A stretch of 64,000 nucleotides of DNA. It comes from Deltaproteobacteria bacterium. Its GTDB lineage: Bacteria > Desulfobacterota > Desulfomonilia > UBA1062. The position numbers were made by a program, and so were the translations under genes. The notes beneath the pieces were generated by a model. That model was not told the DNA's origin. It saw only the letters and a list, made by a program, of their open reading frames with translations, and did not search any database. Location: the NCBI GenBank assembly GCA_029547185.1, contig JAKPPU010000004.1:40576-104575 (forward strand). The letters run 5' to 3'. Shown here piece after piece: positions 1 to 9,348 of this stretch (its first letter is position 1; every line of letters begins with the position of its first letter).

Positions 1-20
1 CAGTCCCGTCCATAAAAAGA

Positions 21-698
21 CTACTCGATCATTCCCCCATCCTGAGTGAACGAAGGTATGAAAATCCGCTTGATCGCCCTCTTCACGAGGTCGATGTACT
101 CGCCCCTGTCCAGCCTGATCATGGTGCGGAAAAAACTCTCCCCCGAGATGAAGCTGTGGATGGAATTCATGATGGTCAGGACGGCGACCATGGAGAATTG
201 TATGTGCTCCTTGTCCTGCTTGAGGCCCATCGAACGGACGCTGTCGATCGTAAATTCCGGCACCTTCAGGTCTGCAAGCTCCTCATGGCGGATCTTCCCG
301 AAGTACCTGTACAAGACCAGGTTGGATATCTCGGGGTGGAGGAACAGGTAATCGGTCAGCATGTCGATGCCGATTGCCATGCGCTCTTCGAGGGGCCGCC
401 CGTGGATGACCTTTTCCGTTTCGATGAACTTTTCCCTCAGGTCATTGTTGATGTCTATGATCGCTGCCTCATAGAGATCCTTCTTTTCCCCCCAGTGATA
501 ATGGAGGGTCGAGATGTCTATTCCCACTTCATGCGCGATCATCCTCATGGTGGTTCCATGAAAGCCGTATTCACCGAAGATCTTTCTGGCCACAGCCAGG
601 ATTTTTGCCTTCATCGATTCCGGATCTTTTCTTGCCTTCTCGAGCGTCGTTGTCATCAGCATCTCCGTCTGGATCATGATATCCCTGGTTTCTGGCAT
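21..698 (-). CDS. TetR/AcrR family transcriptional regulator
   Basis: N-terminal HTH motif KILAVARKIFGEYGFHGTTMRMIAHEVGIDISTLHYHWGEKKDL. The true start may be a later Met. Confidence 0.9.
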   Translation of the reverse strand: MPETRDIMIQTEMLMTTTLEKARKDPESMKAKILAVARKIFGEYGFHGTTMRMIAHEVGIDISTLHYHWGEKKDLYEAAIIDINNDLREKFIETEKVIHGRPLEERMAIGIDMLTDYLFLHPEISNLVLYRYFGKIRHEELADLKVPEFTIDSVRSMGLKQDKEHIQFSMVAVLTIMNSIHSFISGESFFRTMIRLDRGEYIDLVKRAIKRIFIPSFTQDGGMIE

Positions 699-834
699 GA
701 AGGGACAGGGTATATTATCATTTTCATCTCATTCAGCAATGACAGAAAATGTGCTCTTCACAGAAGATTTTCCCGGGTGATTCATCGATGAGACTCCTCC
801 GATCCAATCTCCATCAGTTTTCCAACTTATGATT

Positions 835-878
835 CCATCATTTGATGGGTAAGATAAGCTCCAGCACGTCTTTGTCAA
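835..878 (-). promoter_or_regulatory. Putative sigma70 promoter of the tetR gene with a palindromic operator
   Basis: Minus strand TTGACA (878-873)-N16-TATCTT (856-851), followed directly by the palindrome CCATCA-TT-TGATGG (835-848). Confidence 0.45.
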
Positions 879-1037
879 GAGGAGTAAAGATATCATTCCC
901 GGACATTACGGGACATATGCGATGCAATTAATAATAAGGCTATAATTATCCTGATAAATATCCAATTGACAAATGACGATAAAGATCAGGTGTGCCTTCG
1001 TGGTGAAAAAAATATACCTGGAGAGAGGAGAGATTCC

Positions 1038-1313
1038 ATGGCGGATCTGAAAGAGATCTCTAAAAGCGATAAGAAGTTGTTTCTTCTGATCAAAACTGCC
1101 ATCGATCGCGAGATCGCGTCACAGGAGATGTACAGAGAGGCTCTCGCATATTGTGCCGATCCAGTACTGAAGAAGGTGCTTGAGAGACTCCTGGATCAGG
1201 AAATTATGCATGAGAAGAGATTACAGCACATGTACAAGAAACTTCGGCAGGAAATCGATCCCGACGGCAAGCCCTTGCCCGGACAGAAAAAAACAGCTCA
1301 TTCATCGAAATAG
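1038..1313 (+). CDS. Small ferritin-like/rubrerythrin domain protein
   Basis: AIDREIASQEMY...LLDQEIMHEKRL (E..ExxH diiron-type motif). ATG at 1038 follows a GAGGAG RBS. Confidence 0.75.
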   Translation: MADLKEISKSDKKLFLLIKTAIDREIASQEMYREALAYCADPVLKKVLERLLDQEIMHEKRLQHMYKKLRQEIDPDGKPLPGQKKTAHSSK

Positions 1314-1321
1314 GGAATCCG

Positions 1322-2581
1322 ATGCAGCGCAATATTTCTGTCAATCTAGGGAACCTGGTACTGTCACTTTCCGATGCCATGGACCTGGCCAGTCCTTTGC
1401 TCATACAGCACCAGCAGAGAGTGGCTTTTTCTGCCTGGCAGATGGCAAAGGCTGCAAGGCTGAGCACTGAAAAACTGGAGAGGACCTTTATAGCCGCCCT
1501 GCTCCATGACATTGGCGCATTTTCCCTGGAAGAAAAGATAGCGCTGCGAAATTCGGAAGTAGAGAATACTGACGAGCATTGCTGCCGGGGTGAATCCCTG
1601 CTTGGGCAAATTCCCTGGCTCAAGGATTCGGCAAAAATCATCCGGCACCACCATACGCAATGGCGGGAATGGGGCGGATCCATTGAAGACACATTCGCGT
1701 TCGAGTCCCAATTGGTGGCTCTCGCTGATTACCTGGAACGCCTTATTCAAAGGGATCGATACATCCTCCACCAGCATGAGCACATCATCCAGGATATAAT
1801 TTCTCTTTCCGGCTCACTCTTTCACCCGCAAGTAGTGGATCTTTTCCTTTTTATAAGCAAGAGCGAGGAATTCTGGCTCGACCTGGTTTCCCCCAGATTA
1901 TATGCAATCCTGCTCAATGAAGGTCCTTTCCGAAAGGTCGAGATAAGCTTCTCCGATATAACTGTCATATCCGAGCTCTTTCGGAATATCATCGATTTCC
2001 GGTCAAGGTTCACCTCGACGCATTCCTCTGGTGTGGCCGCCTCCGCCTCAATACTGGCAAGGATCTTCGGTCTCATGGAGACGGAGATAAGTCTCATGGA
2101 GGTTGCCGGCAATCTTCACGACCTGGGAAAGCTGGCGATACCCAACAGCATACTCGATAAACCGGGCAAGCTCACAAAAGAAGAAATGGCTATCATAAAA
2201 TCGCACACCTACTATACGTATTTTATCATCAACACAATCGGGGGCCTTCAGCAGATTGCGGAATGGGCTGCGTATCATCATGAAAGGCTCGACGGCTCGG
2301 GATACCCATTCCATTGCAAGGCAGGTGAGCTGAGCACGGGAGCAAGGATCTTGATGGTTGCGGATATGTTTACTGCGCTGGCCGAAGACCGGCCCTACAG
2401 GAAAGGCATGTCCAGAGATGAGGTCATGAATATCATCAAACAATTTTCCGACCGTCAACTGCTGGATCGGAGAATAATCAGCCTCCTGTTCGAAAACTAC
2501 GAGGAGGTTAAATCACATATGACGCTTAAGCAGGCCGAGACAAGGGATTTCTATGAGAGGCAATCTGCAGGACCTGCTTAG
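1322..2581 (+). CDS. HD-GYP domain phosphodiesterase (tandem HD domains)
   Basis: N-terminal LLHDIG; C-terminal LHDLGK and HHERLDGSGYP; ADMFTALAEDRPYR. Confidence 0.9.
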   Translation: MQRNISVNLGNLVLSLSDAMDLASPLLIQHQQRVAFSAWQMAKAARLSTEKLERTFIAALLHDIGAFSLEEKIALRNSEVENTDEHCCRGESLLGQIPWLKDSAKIIRHHHTQWREWGGSIEDTFAFESQLVALADYLERLIQRDRYILHQHEHIIQDIISLSGSLFHPQVVDLFLFISKSEEFWLDLVSPRLYAILLNEGPFRKVEISFSDITVISELFRNIIDFRSRFTSTHSSGVAASASILARIFGLMETEISLMEVAGNLHDLGKLAIPNSILDKPGKLTKEEMAIIKSHTYYTYFIINTIGGLQQIAEWAAYHHERLDGSGYPFHCKAGELSTGARILMVADMFTALAEDRPYRKGMSRDEVMNIIKQFSDRQLLDRRIISLLFENYEEVKSHMTLKQAETRDFYERQSAGPA

Positions 2582-2618
2582 GAGAGCGTACGGCGGGTGA
2601 CCGGCTCTTGCCGGGCTG

Positions 2619-2635
2619 TTGCTTTTTGCCATGAT
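2619..2635 (+). repeat. 17-bp direct repeat, left copy
   Basis: TTGCTTTTTGCCATGAT, 16/17 identical to 4093-4109. Confidence 0.5.
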
Positions 2636-2969
2636 GTATATTCCGCATGCCTGGCAAACATCCCACGATAAAATGTTTTTAAACCATTGACAAGAAAGCT
2701 GCAAGGAGGTCGCACACGGCAAGAACATTAAAATGCATGGCGGGTATTTGAAGTCCACGCCTTTGAGGCTGTTCCTGGCTATCCGGGGTAGTTACGGGGG
2801 TAGATTCTGTTGTCCAGGCAAATTAAGAGACTGTAGTGTGTCCTATTCACAGGCAAGAACATATCTTCTTGAGGTATCTATTGTTATCATCTTAGCTTGA
2901 GTGATGTATAATTATTAGTGAATATTCCGATACATCCATTGCTTGGCAGTGAAAGGGATAAGAATTTAA

Positions 2970-4064
2970 ATGCAAAAAAGAAAGTTTACTAATTATACGT
3001 TACCATTAAGTATCTTACTTTCAATTGGTCTTGTTTTAACAATAATAGAGATTGTTTCTTATCGTTCAGAAATTGAGAAAACACGTGCTGAAATTATGAA
3101 GCTACGTGCACAAGTAAGTAGCTATCAATCAGAGTTCTATCAAGCTCAGAATGATCTTATTGATAAAAAGCCGATCTTTATTTTCACAGATAAGCAAGTT
3201 GACTGGAAGGATTTGACGCCCCATTTAGAAACAATCTATGGCAAAAACGTAACGAAAAATATTGTAGGCACATTTCCTGTCCCTCATAATTACAATGGAA
3301 CTGATATAACGAAAATAATATCAGATAACGACAAGATCTATTTCCCGTCATATGGCAGGTTCTATCTGCATACCACTGTCGGATTTTTTAAAATATTACT
3401 CATCAATCCGAATTCATCAGAAGATGAAAAAATTTTGGATATTGCCTCTTTTGTCTCTGGAAATTCGGTTCATTGTAAGGCGGATGAAAGAATAACAAAT
3501 CCTATAACACCAGGAGATCGATATAGAATAAGTAATCTTTTAAGGACCTTTTTTGCAAGTGATCAACCTCTCAAACTGCATTGTGGTCATATCGCTAGCT
3601 TTCTATGCTATATCCTTTTTCATCAGGGATACTCTGTGCAGTTGGTCCAGTTACAGCCAGAAAATCCGAAAAATGGGCATGTTGCCATGCAAGTATTTTT
3701 ACCAACAGCTAATAAATTTGCAATGATCGATCCGGATCATGGAGCTATCGTTAGGGATACTGCACAGAATATTTTATCTATACAAGAGATAGCTGTTTTA
3801 GTTCGCAAGCAACCTGAATCTTTCATCATAGAGGATATTGCCAATAAGAATTGGTTAAAAGGAATATACAATAATCCCGAACCCATGCCGAATTTCGCAT
3901 GGACTCCGGATAAAAGTGGAAAGGAAAGAGCATTAATTAAGGAAAATTATATTCACTTAATGAAAGACTATACTGCTGAGTACTGGATATATGATGAAGA
4001 TACGAATAATGCATGGAAACCGCCAAATAAATTCTCTTGGGATGGCAGAGTATTGATGAAGTAA
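2970..4064 (+). CDS. AT-rich membrane-anchored protein with a transglutaminase-like (Cys-His-Asp) domain
   Basis: N-terminal TM helix and coiled coil; LHCGHIASFL...GHVAMQVF...AMIDPDHG spacing resembles a transglutaminase-like triad; strongly AT-rich codon usage. Confidence 0.55.
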   Translation: MQKRKFTNYTLPLSILLSIGLVLTIIEIVSYRSEIEKTRAEIMKLRAQVSSYQSEFYQAQNDLIDKKPIFIFTDKQVDWKDLTPHLETIYGKNVTKNIVGTFPVPHNYNGTDITKIISDNDKIYFPSYGRFYLHTTVGFFKILLINPNSSEDEKILDIASFVSGNSVHCKADERITNPITPGDRYRISNLLRTFFASDQPLKLHCGHIASFLCYILFHQGYSVQLVQLQPENPKNGHVAMQVFLPTANKFAMIDPDHGAIVRDTAQNILSIQEIAVLVRKQPESFIIEDIANKNWLKGIYNNPEPMPNFAWTPDKSGKERALIKENYIHLMKDYTAEYWIYDEDTNNAWKPPNKFSWDGRVLMK

Positions 4065-4092
4065 AGTCACAGGAGAATCAGAGGGTCAGGCC

Positions 4093-4109
4093 TTGCGTTT
4101 TGCCATGAT
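4093..4109 (+). repeat. 17-bp direct repeat, right copy
   Basis: TTGCGTTTTGCCATGAT, 16/17 identical to 2619-2635. Confidence 0.5.
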
Positions 4110-4175
4110 ATTGGGACAAATGTATTTCTCTTCAGAGCCGATCTTCACGCAAATGGGGATCGATACAGAGGGAAG

Positions 4176-4252
4176 TGGTCGGGAAGCGGGGATTTGAACC
4201 CCGGGCCCCAGCGTCCCGAACGCTGTGCTCTACCAGACTGAGCCACTTCCCG
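4176..4252 (-). tRNA. tRNA-Pro (anticodon CGG)
   Basis: Reverse complement CGGGAAGTGGCTCAGTCTGGTAGAGCACAGCGTTCGGGACGCTGGGGCCCGGGGTTCAAATCCCCGCTTCCCGACCA: 77 nt cloverleaf, anticodon stem CAGCG/CGCTG, TTCAAAT T-loop, encoded CCA. Confidence 0.97.
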
Positions 4253-4312
4253 AATCCGTCGTTCTGTATAGAGGAGAATCTACTGTGAAGTCAAGAAAGA
4301 TCCTGCATCCTT

Positions 4313-5101
4313 CTACCTGTAATTGTGCTCGTAGGTGATGAAAGGCTCCCGAACGACCGGGTGGTCAAGAAACGTTTGAACATTGACCGGGTACTGTCCT
4401 CTCTCGAACTTGAAAAGGTCCCCTATATTCTGCCCCAGGCGATCCATCGGGATCATGACCATTGCCTTGAAGAAGATCTCTCCCCTGTCGTTCCTCCCCG
4501 ACTCGATGGCGTCGTTCCTCCCGCCCAGGGTTAAGCGGAGGGCCTTCACGGGCCTGGCTTCCACTGCCAGGCTGAACCCTTTCATATCGCTCCTGTCGTT
4601 GCCGTTGTAATAGTATGCCCCGGGCCAGACCGTGATGAAGGGGGCATTGGGAATCGGGATCCCGACTGTCGCGTCGATTCCCGGAAGCGCCTCTTCTCCA
4701 TGGTGCGGGTCCGAGATGGGAAGGTAGACATTGAGGTGCGCCGAGAACGTCTGATAATAGAACTCTGCGCCGGTCCCGAGACGTGTGTGGTAATTGTCCG
4801 TCGTGTAGTCGAAAAACAGGTTGTATCCCGCTATGGCGCGCCCGCCGAGGACCGGCATGCGCGTTCCGATGCCCAGATCGATTCCCAGGTCTCGTTCTTT
4901 GACAAAGACCGTCGGATCGAGGAAGATGTACGAGGTGTCCATCTGCCCCAGAGAGACGAACGTTTCTGCCATATAGGCCGGGGCTGACTCATCGGCGAGC
5001 CGCAATGCGCCTCCTGCCCATATGAGCTCCGGCTGAACATCCGCATACAGGGCCGTTCCCCACGAGCATGCCAGCAAAAGCAGGCCGATTATCTTCTTCA
5101 T
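4313..5101 (-). CDS. Inverse autotransporter (invasin/intimin-type) beta-barrel protein with no passenger domain
   Basis: Signal peptide; LGIGTR...AGYNLFFDY...HTRLGTGAEFY...HLNVYLPIS pattern of invasin beta domains; ends PVVREPFITYE. Confidence 0.7.
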   Translation of the reverse strand: MKKIIGLLLLACSWGTALYADVQPELIWAGGALRLADESAPAYMAETFVSLGQMDTSYIFLDPTVFVKERDLGIDLGIGTRMPVLGGRAIAGYNLFFDYTTDNYHTRLGTGAEFYYQTFSAHLNVYLPISDPHHGEEALPGIDATVGIPIPNAPFITVWPGAYYYNGNDRSDMKGFSLAVEARPVKALRLTLGGRNDAIESGRNDRGEIFFKAMVMIPMDRLGQNIGDLFKFERGQYPVNVQTFLDHPVVREPFITYEHNYR

Positions 5102-5140
5102 GATTAACCTCCCTTGGAATGAAGTCTTTTATTTTATTGC

Positions 5141-6157
5141 TCATTCATGCCAGAGCGCTTTCAGCTCACTACATATATCCTCCGGCTTGAGCGTGGTCAA
5201 TGATTCGTTGTGAAGCATCTTCATATAGTTGATCTGGCTGGTGTCGAACGGGGGGATGCTCACCCGCGGGCATATCCTCAGGTGGGGCACAAAGTACCGG
5301 TCTCCGCGGAGAAAATAGAGCGACATGTTGAGGGAGCCCATGTTGAGGGAATCGATGTATCTGAGGATTTTCAGGAGCCCCTCTACAAGCTCACTCAATA
5401 GTCCGTCTCTGATGTCCTCGGGGCCGTGAGCTTCATGGAGGATCCCCAGGATATCGAAGACCCCCAAAGGGGCGAACGCCGCAAGCCAGGTCAGACGCCC
5501 GTTTGCGGATATGCACCTCTCCGAGCGCGACTGTTCCTCATCGCTCAAGTCCGACCAGAAGCTCCTTCCGTTCTTCTCTTCATACCTCGCAAGCGCCGGG
5601 ACCATCTCCGAATAATAGTTTGTCGAGGAGCTCGACGCCGTTATCTGCAGATGGGGGTGGATGAGCGAGCCGCCGGCAAGTGGCATGTAGTTCCAGTTCA
5701 CGGACTGGTAGGTCATCTCCGGCTGCTTGATGACCACATCCTCGAGATACTCGAAGCAGCATGCAAGGGCATCTTCCATGATCCCCGCCGTAAATTCCAG
5801 AAGCGGCATGTAGTGCTCTCTGGTCATGACGCAGACAGCGCCGTTCTCATCATAAGGAAAGACATTGGGCACGCACAGGGCTTCCCCGCGGGAATATCTC
5901 TCCTTGCCCAGGAGATCGGGGTGAAACTTGGGCGTCACGAACTCCACCACGGCAGGGCAAAACGGGCACCAGGCCTTCGAATTCTCCACCTGGGCACGCA
6001 CATCCGCCCTTGCCAGCTCCTTGATCGGAAAGTCCAGAATCCTGCTCGTGCGCCCCGTGAGCGGGTCCACACGGACCTCGGAATACCTTTTCGTCTCGGC
6101 AAAACCCTGCGCCGGGTCCAGGAATCTCGATGTCTTCAATATCTTGGTAAAGTCCAT
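5141..6157 (-). CDS. Galactose-1-phosphate uridylyltransferase-like (HIT superfamily) protein
   Basis: EVRVDPLTG, CPFCP, PNVFPY and GGSLIHPHLQ (HxHxQ) motifs. Confidence 0.8.
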   Translation of the reverse strand: MDFTKILKTSRFLDPAQGFAETKRYSEVRVDPLTGRTSRILDFPIKELARADVRAQVENSKAWCPFCPAVVEFVTPKFHPDLLGKERYSRGEALCVPNVFPYDENGAVCVMTREHYMPLLEFTAGIMEDALACCFEYLEDVVIKQPEMTYQSVNWNYMPLAGGSLIHPHLQITASSSSTNYYSEMVPALARYEEKNGRSFWSDLSDEEQSRSERCISANGRLTWLAAFAPLGVFDILGILHEAHGPEDIRDGLLSELVEGLLKILRYIDSLNMGSLNMSLYFLRGDRYFVPHLRICPRVSIPPFDTSQINYMKMLHNESLTTLKPEDICSELKALWHE

Positions 6158-6640
6158 TTCTCACACCACGCGATCGTTTCGTGCGGGCATACAGGCCTGC
6201 GACTGCACCTGCACGATACAACCGCCTTTTTTTTAGCCAAGCTGTCTCTTCTTGATGAAAGGGAGCTTGGATGAACGGCCTCAGGCCGGTCCTTCCAGGG
6301 AACGGGCTTGACCGTTTTTCTTTTGTATAGAGTACGGAAAAAAACCAAAAGTTCAACTGAACAAATACAATATGATCCCCTCAAGGGTCAAGGAAATCGG
6401 CCGGGTACGGTCGAATTCCATCAGGAATCATCTTTGCGGCCTTCTTGATAATATCCGGCAGAAACTGTATAGTGACTGTAATTTAAAATACACCGTAAGA
6501 AAGCATTCCTTGCAGGGTATGAGCGAGAGGCCGGAGGAAAGACCAGCAGCTCTTTACACACAAGCCATACGGCATCGGCGTGCAATCGGAGTGAGCAGTG
6601 TATGATGACCATCCTTAAACAACGGTACGGGGCTTAGAGA

Positions 6641-7288
6641 GTGAAGATGGATCCGGTGCTCGCCAGGCAGAACATGGTGAAGGAGCAGCTCCGGGAACGC
6701 GGAATCAACGACCCCCGTGTGCTGGCTTCGTTCCTCGAAGTGCCGAGGCACAAATTCGTCGAAGACTACCTCAAGTACAAGGCCTACGAGGATTATCCCC
6801 TCACCATCGGATACGGCCAGACGATCTCCCAGCCATACATGGTTGCCCTCATGACCCAGTCCCTCATGCCCCAGGCCGGCGACAAGGTGCTCGAGATCGG
6901 CACCGGATCGGGCTACCAGGCGGCAATCCTCTCGAAGCTCTGCCGTGCCGTCCATTCCATCGAGAGGATAAGCGCCCTGGCGTCGAGGGCGAGGAAGATC
7001 CACGACGAGCTCAGGTACTACAACATCTACATCCGGATAGGAGACGGGACGCAGGGGTTCCCCAAGGAAGCGCCGTTTGAAGGAATCATCGTCACGGCGG
7101 GCGCTCCGCACGTTCCGGAAGTGCTCATCGATCAGCTGGGAGTCGGAGGGAGGCTGATCATCCCCGTAGGGAGCGAGACGCTCCAGGAGCTCAAACGCAT
7201 CACGAAGACCAAAGAGGGAGTCGTGGAGGAATCCCTCGGGGGATGCAGGTTCGTCAAGCTCATCGGCAAAAACGGCTGGGGAACCTGA
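6641..7288 (+). CDS. pcm: Protein-L-isoaspartate(D-aspartate) O-methyltransferase
   Basis: VPRHKF, IGYGQTISQPYMVA, VLEIGTGSGYQAA, GGRLIIPVG. Confidence 0.95.
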   Translation: MKMDPVLARQNMVKEQLRERGINDPRVLASFLEVPRHKFVEDYLKYKAYEDYPLTIGYGQTISQPYMVALMTQSLMPQAGDKVLEIGTGSGYQAAILSKLCRAVHSIERISALASRARKIHDELRYYNIYIRIGDGTQGFPKEAPFEGIIVTAGAPHVPEVLIDQLGVGGRLIIPVGSETLQELKRITKTKEGVVEESLGGCRFVKLIGKNGWGT

Positions 7289-7290
7289 TC

Positions 7291-8478
7291 TCACTCCGAG
7301 ATGAAGATGGGGACATTGCTCGGTGTCCTCGTGCCGTTTCCGAGCTGCCCACTGCCGTTGTCACCCCATGCCCACAGGGAGCCTCCGGTCTTGAGAGCCA
7401 CACTGAACTTCCCGCCTGCGCTCACGGTTTTCCAGTCCGTGTCGGTGCCGATCTGCACGGGGGCGCTCTTATCGAAATTCGTGCCGTCTCCGAGCTGACC
7501 CATATCGTTCCTGCCCCATGCCCAGAGAGAACCATCGGATTTCAGGGCAAGGGTATGGTAGAGTCCCCCGCTTGCGGCTGTCCAGTCATTGTCACTGCCT
7601 ATCCGGACAGGGGCGCTTCTGTCTATGGTGGTCCCGTCTCCGAGCTGACCGCGGTTATTCCGTCCCCATGCCCAGAGGGTGCCGTCCGACTTCAGGGCCA
7701 CGGTGTGAAACCCTCCGGCGCTGACCTGAATCCAGTCGTTTGATTCGCCGATTTGAGTCGGGACATTTTTGCCGTCGTTGGTGCCGTCTCCGACCTGTCC
7801 GTACTGGTTATCACCCCAGGCCCAGAGGGTTTTATGATCCGGATCATTCACAGGATCCACCATTTTGAGGGCAACGCTGTGGTATTCTCCGGCATCCGCT
7901 GCAGTCCAGTCCATATCGGTGCCTATAAGTACAAGCGCATTTCTATCTATCGAGGTGCCGTCCCCGAGCTGACCCTGGGCATTGTATCCGCAGGCCCAGA
8001 GCGAGCGGTCGGAGCTGATGAAGAGACTGTGATAGCCCCCTGCGCTTGACCAGGCCCAGTCCATCGCACCCTCTATCAGCCTCGGGGCATCCGCACCTGT
8101 GCGGGTACCGTCCCCGAGCTGACCGGACATGTTCAAACCCCACGCCATAAGAGGGGCGCCCGTTTTTATCCCCGTGCTGTGGTAATCTCCCGCACTCGCT
8201 TGCACCCAGTCGGCATCGAACCCGACCTGCACCGGCGCCAGCTTCGTCGCAAAAGTCGCAAGCCCGAGCTGACCATACTGGTTGTTGCCCCAGGCCCAGA
8301 GCGTGCCGTCGCTCCTGAGGGCAAGGGTGTGCTCTGAGCCGGCGCTTACAGCCGACCAGGTGATGATCTCCTCACTCTTGATTTCATCATCGTCGTCATC
8401 ATCTTTGTCGAACAGGCACCCTGTAACAGCAATGCACATGATGAAAAAAAGCACAGTGAGGTTTAATCGACGCTTCAT
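7291..8478 (-). CDS. RCC1-repeat beta-propeller lipoprotein
   Basis: About 7 repeats of HxxALKSDGTLWAWGxNxxGQLGDGT; lipobox VTGC followed by poly-Asp; ATG at 8478 after GGAGGT. Confidence 0.9.
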   Translation of the reverse strand: MKRRLNLTVLFFIMCIAVTGCLFDKDDDDDDEIKSEEIITWSAVSAGSEHTLALRSDGTLWAWGNNQYGQLGLATFATKLAPVQVGFDADWVQASAGDYHSTGIKTGAPLMAWGLNMSGQLGDGTRTGADAPRLIEGAMDWAWSSAGGYHSLFISSDRSLWACGYNAQGQLGDGTSIDRNALVLIGTDMDWTAADAGEYHSVALKMVDPVNDPDHKTLWAWGDNQYGQVGDGTNDGKNVPTQIGESNDWIQVSAGGFHTVALKSDGTLWAWGRNNRGQLGDGTTIDRSAPVRIGSDNDWTAASGGLYHTLALKSDGSLWAWGRNDMGQLGDGTNFDKSAPVQIGTDTDWKTVSAGGKFSVALKTGGSLWAWGDNGSGQLGNGTRTPSNVPIFISE

Positions 8479-8624
8479 CAGCAAACCTCCTCGGAACAAT
8501 CTCGCCATATGAGGTGAGAACCTTCTGTAACCCATAATAATAACGAAATATGTGTTTAAAAGCAAACAGATTTCATGAAGCTTCCAAAATCGGGAAACGG
8601 GAGCCGTCTTCTAAGACGAAGACC

Positions 8625-9236
8625 TTACTGCCTCCCATCCCACCGGGAGAAATTCTCGAGCACCTTGAGGCCGAACCTGCCGCTCTTTTCGGGATGGAAC
8701 TGGGTGGCTGCGACGTTTTTCCTGGCTATCACCGAGGCGAACTCAATCCCGTACGAGGTGTAGGCAATCCCATCCGAATCCTCAAGAGGATCGGGATAGA
8801 ACGAGTGGACGAAGTAGAACTGAGCATGGGCATTGATCCCGGCGAGGATCGGGTGATCGGTCTTTTTCCTGATCGTGTTCCAGCCCATGTGAGGTATCTT
8901 GTTGCCTGTATCGGGGAATCTCCGGACAGTGCCGTGTACGATGCCGAGGCAGCGCGCACCGTCCTCCTCACTTTTGTCGAGTATGATCTGTGTGCCGAGG
9001 CAGATCCCCAGGAAGGGCGTGCCCCTGTCCACCACCTCGTGGATGACCTCGCCGAGCCCGGACGACTCGATGGCCTCCATGGCCTTGCCGGCGGCGCCGA
9101 CTCCGGGAAAGATGACCCTCTCGGCTGTGCGTATGTCCCGAGGGCGGTTCGTGATCGAACACGCAATGCCCAGATACTTGAGGGCCCGCTCGACCGACCG
9201 CAAATTCCCTGCCTTATAATCAATGATTGCTATCAT
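8625..9236 (-). CDS. hisH: Imidazole glycerol phosphate synthase glutaminase subunit
   Basis: IIDYKAGNLRSV, FPGVG, LGICLG, IPHMGWN, FYFVHS, QFHPEKS. Confidence 0.97.
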   Translation of the reverse strand: MIAIIDYKAGNLRSVERALKYLGIACSITNRPRDIRTAERVIFPGVGAAGKAMEAIESSGLGEVIHEVVDRGTPFLGICLGTQIILDKSEEDGARCLGIVHGTVRRFPDTGNKIPHMGWNTIRKKTDHPILAGINAHAQFYFVHSFYPDPLEDSDGIAYTSYGIEFASVIARKNVAATQFHPEKSGRFGLKVLENFSRWDGRQ

Positions 9237-9348
9237 GCTGATTCACCCGAGCAGCCTGCTTACCTCACTTACGGAAAGAGGATATGAAGGCAGCTTTTCC
9301 CGCCCTTCGGATCTCAATGACCAGGAGAAATCCCTGTTCCTTCAAGGA

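Noticed and set aside
2768-2785. AVPGYP-coding fragment resembling the N-terminus of a REP-associated tyrosine transposase
   Set aside because: Only six codons with no continuing HUH motif; could be chance.
1-4252. Prophage or ICE integrated at tRNA-Pro
   Set aside because: No integrase, phage or conjugation genes, and no duplicated tRNA 3' end seen within the window.
7291-8340. Regularly spaced CCGAGCTGACC repeats as a possible CRISPR array
   Set aside because: They encode the GQLG motif of RCC1 repeats at roughly 150-bp periodicity, and no cas genes are present.
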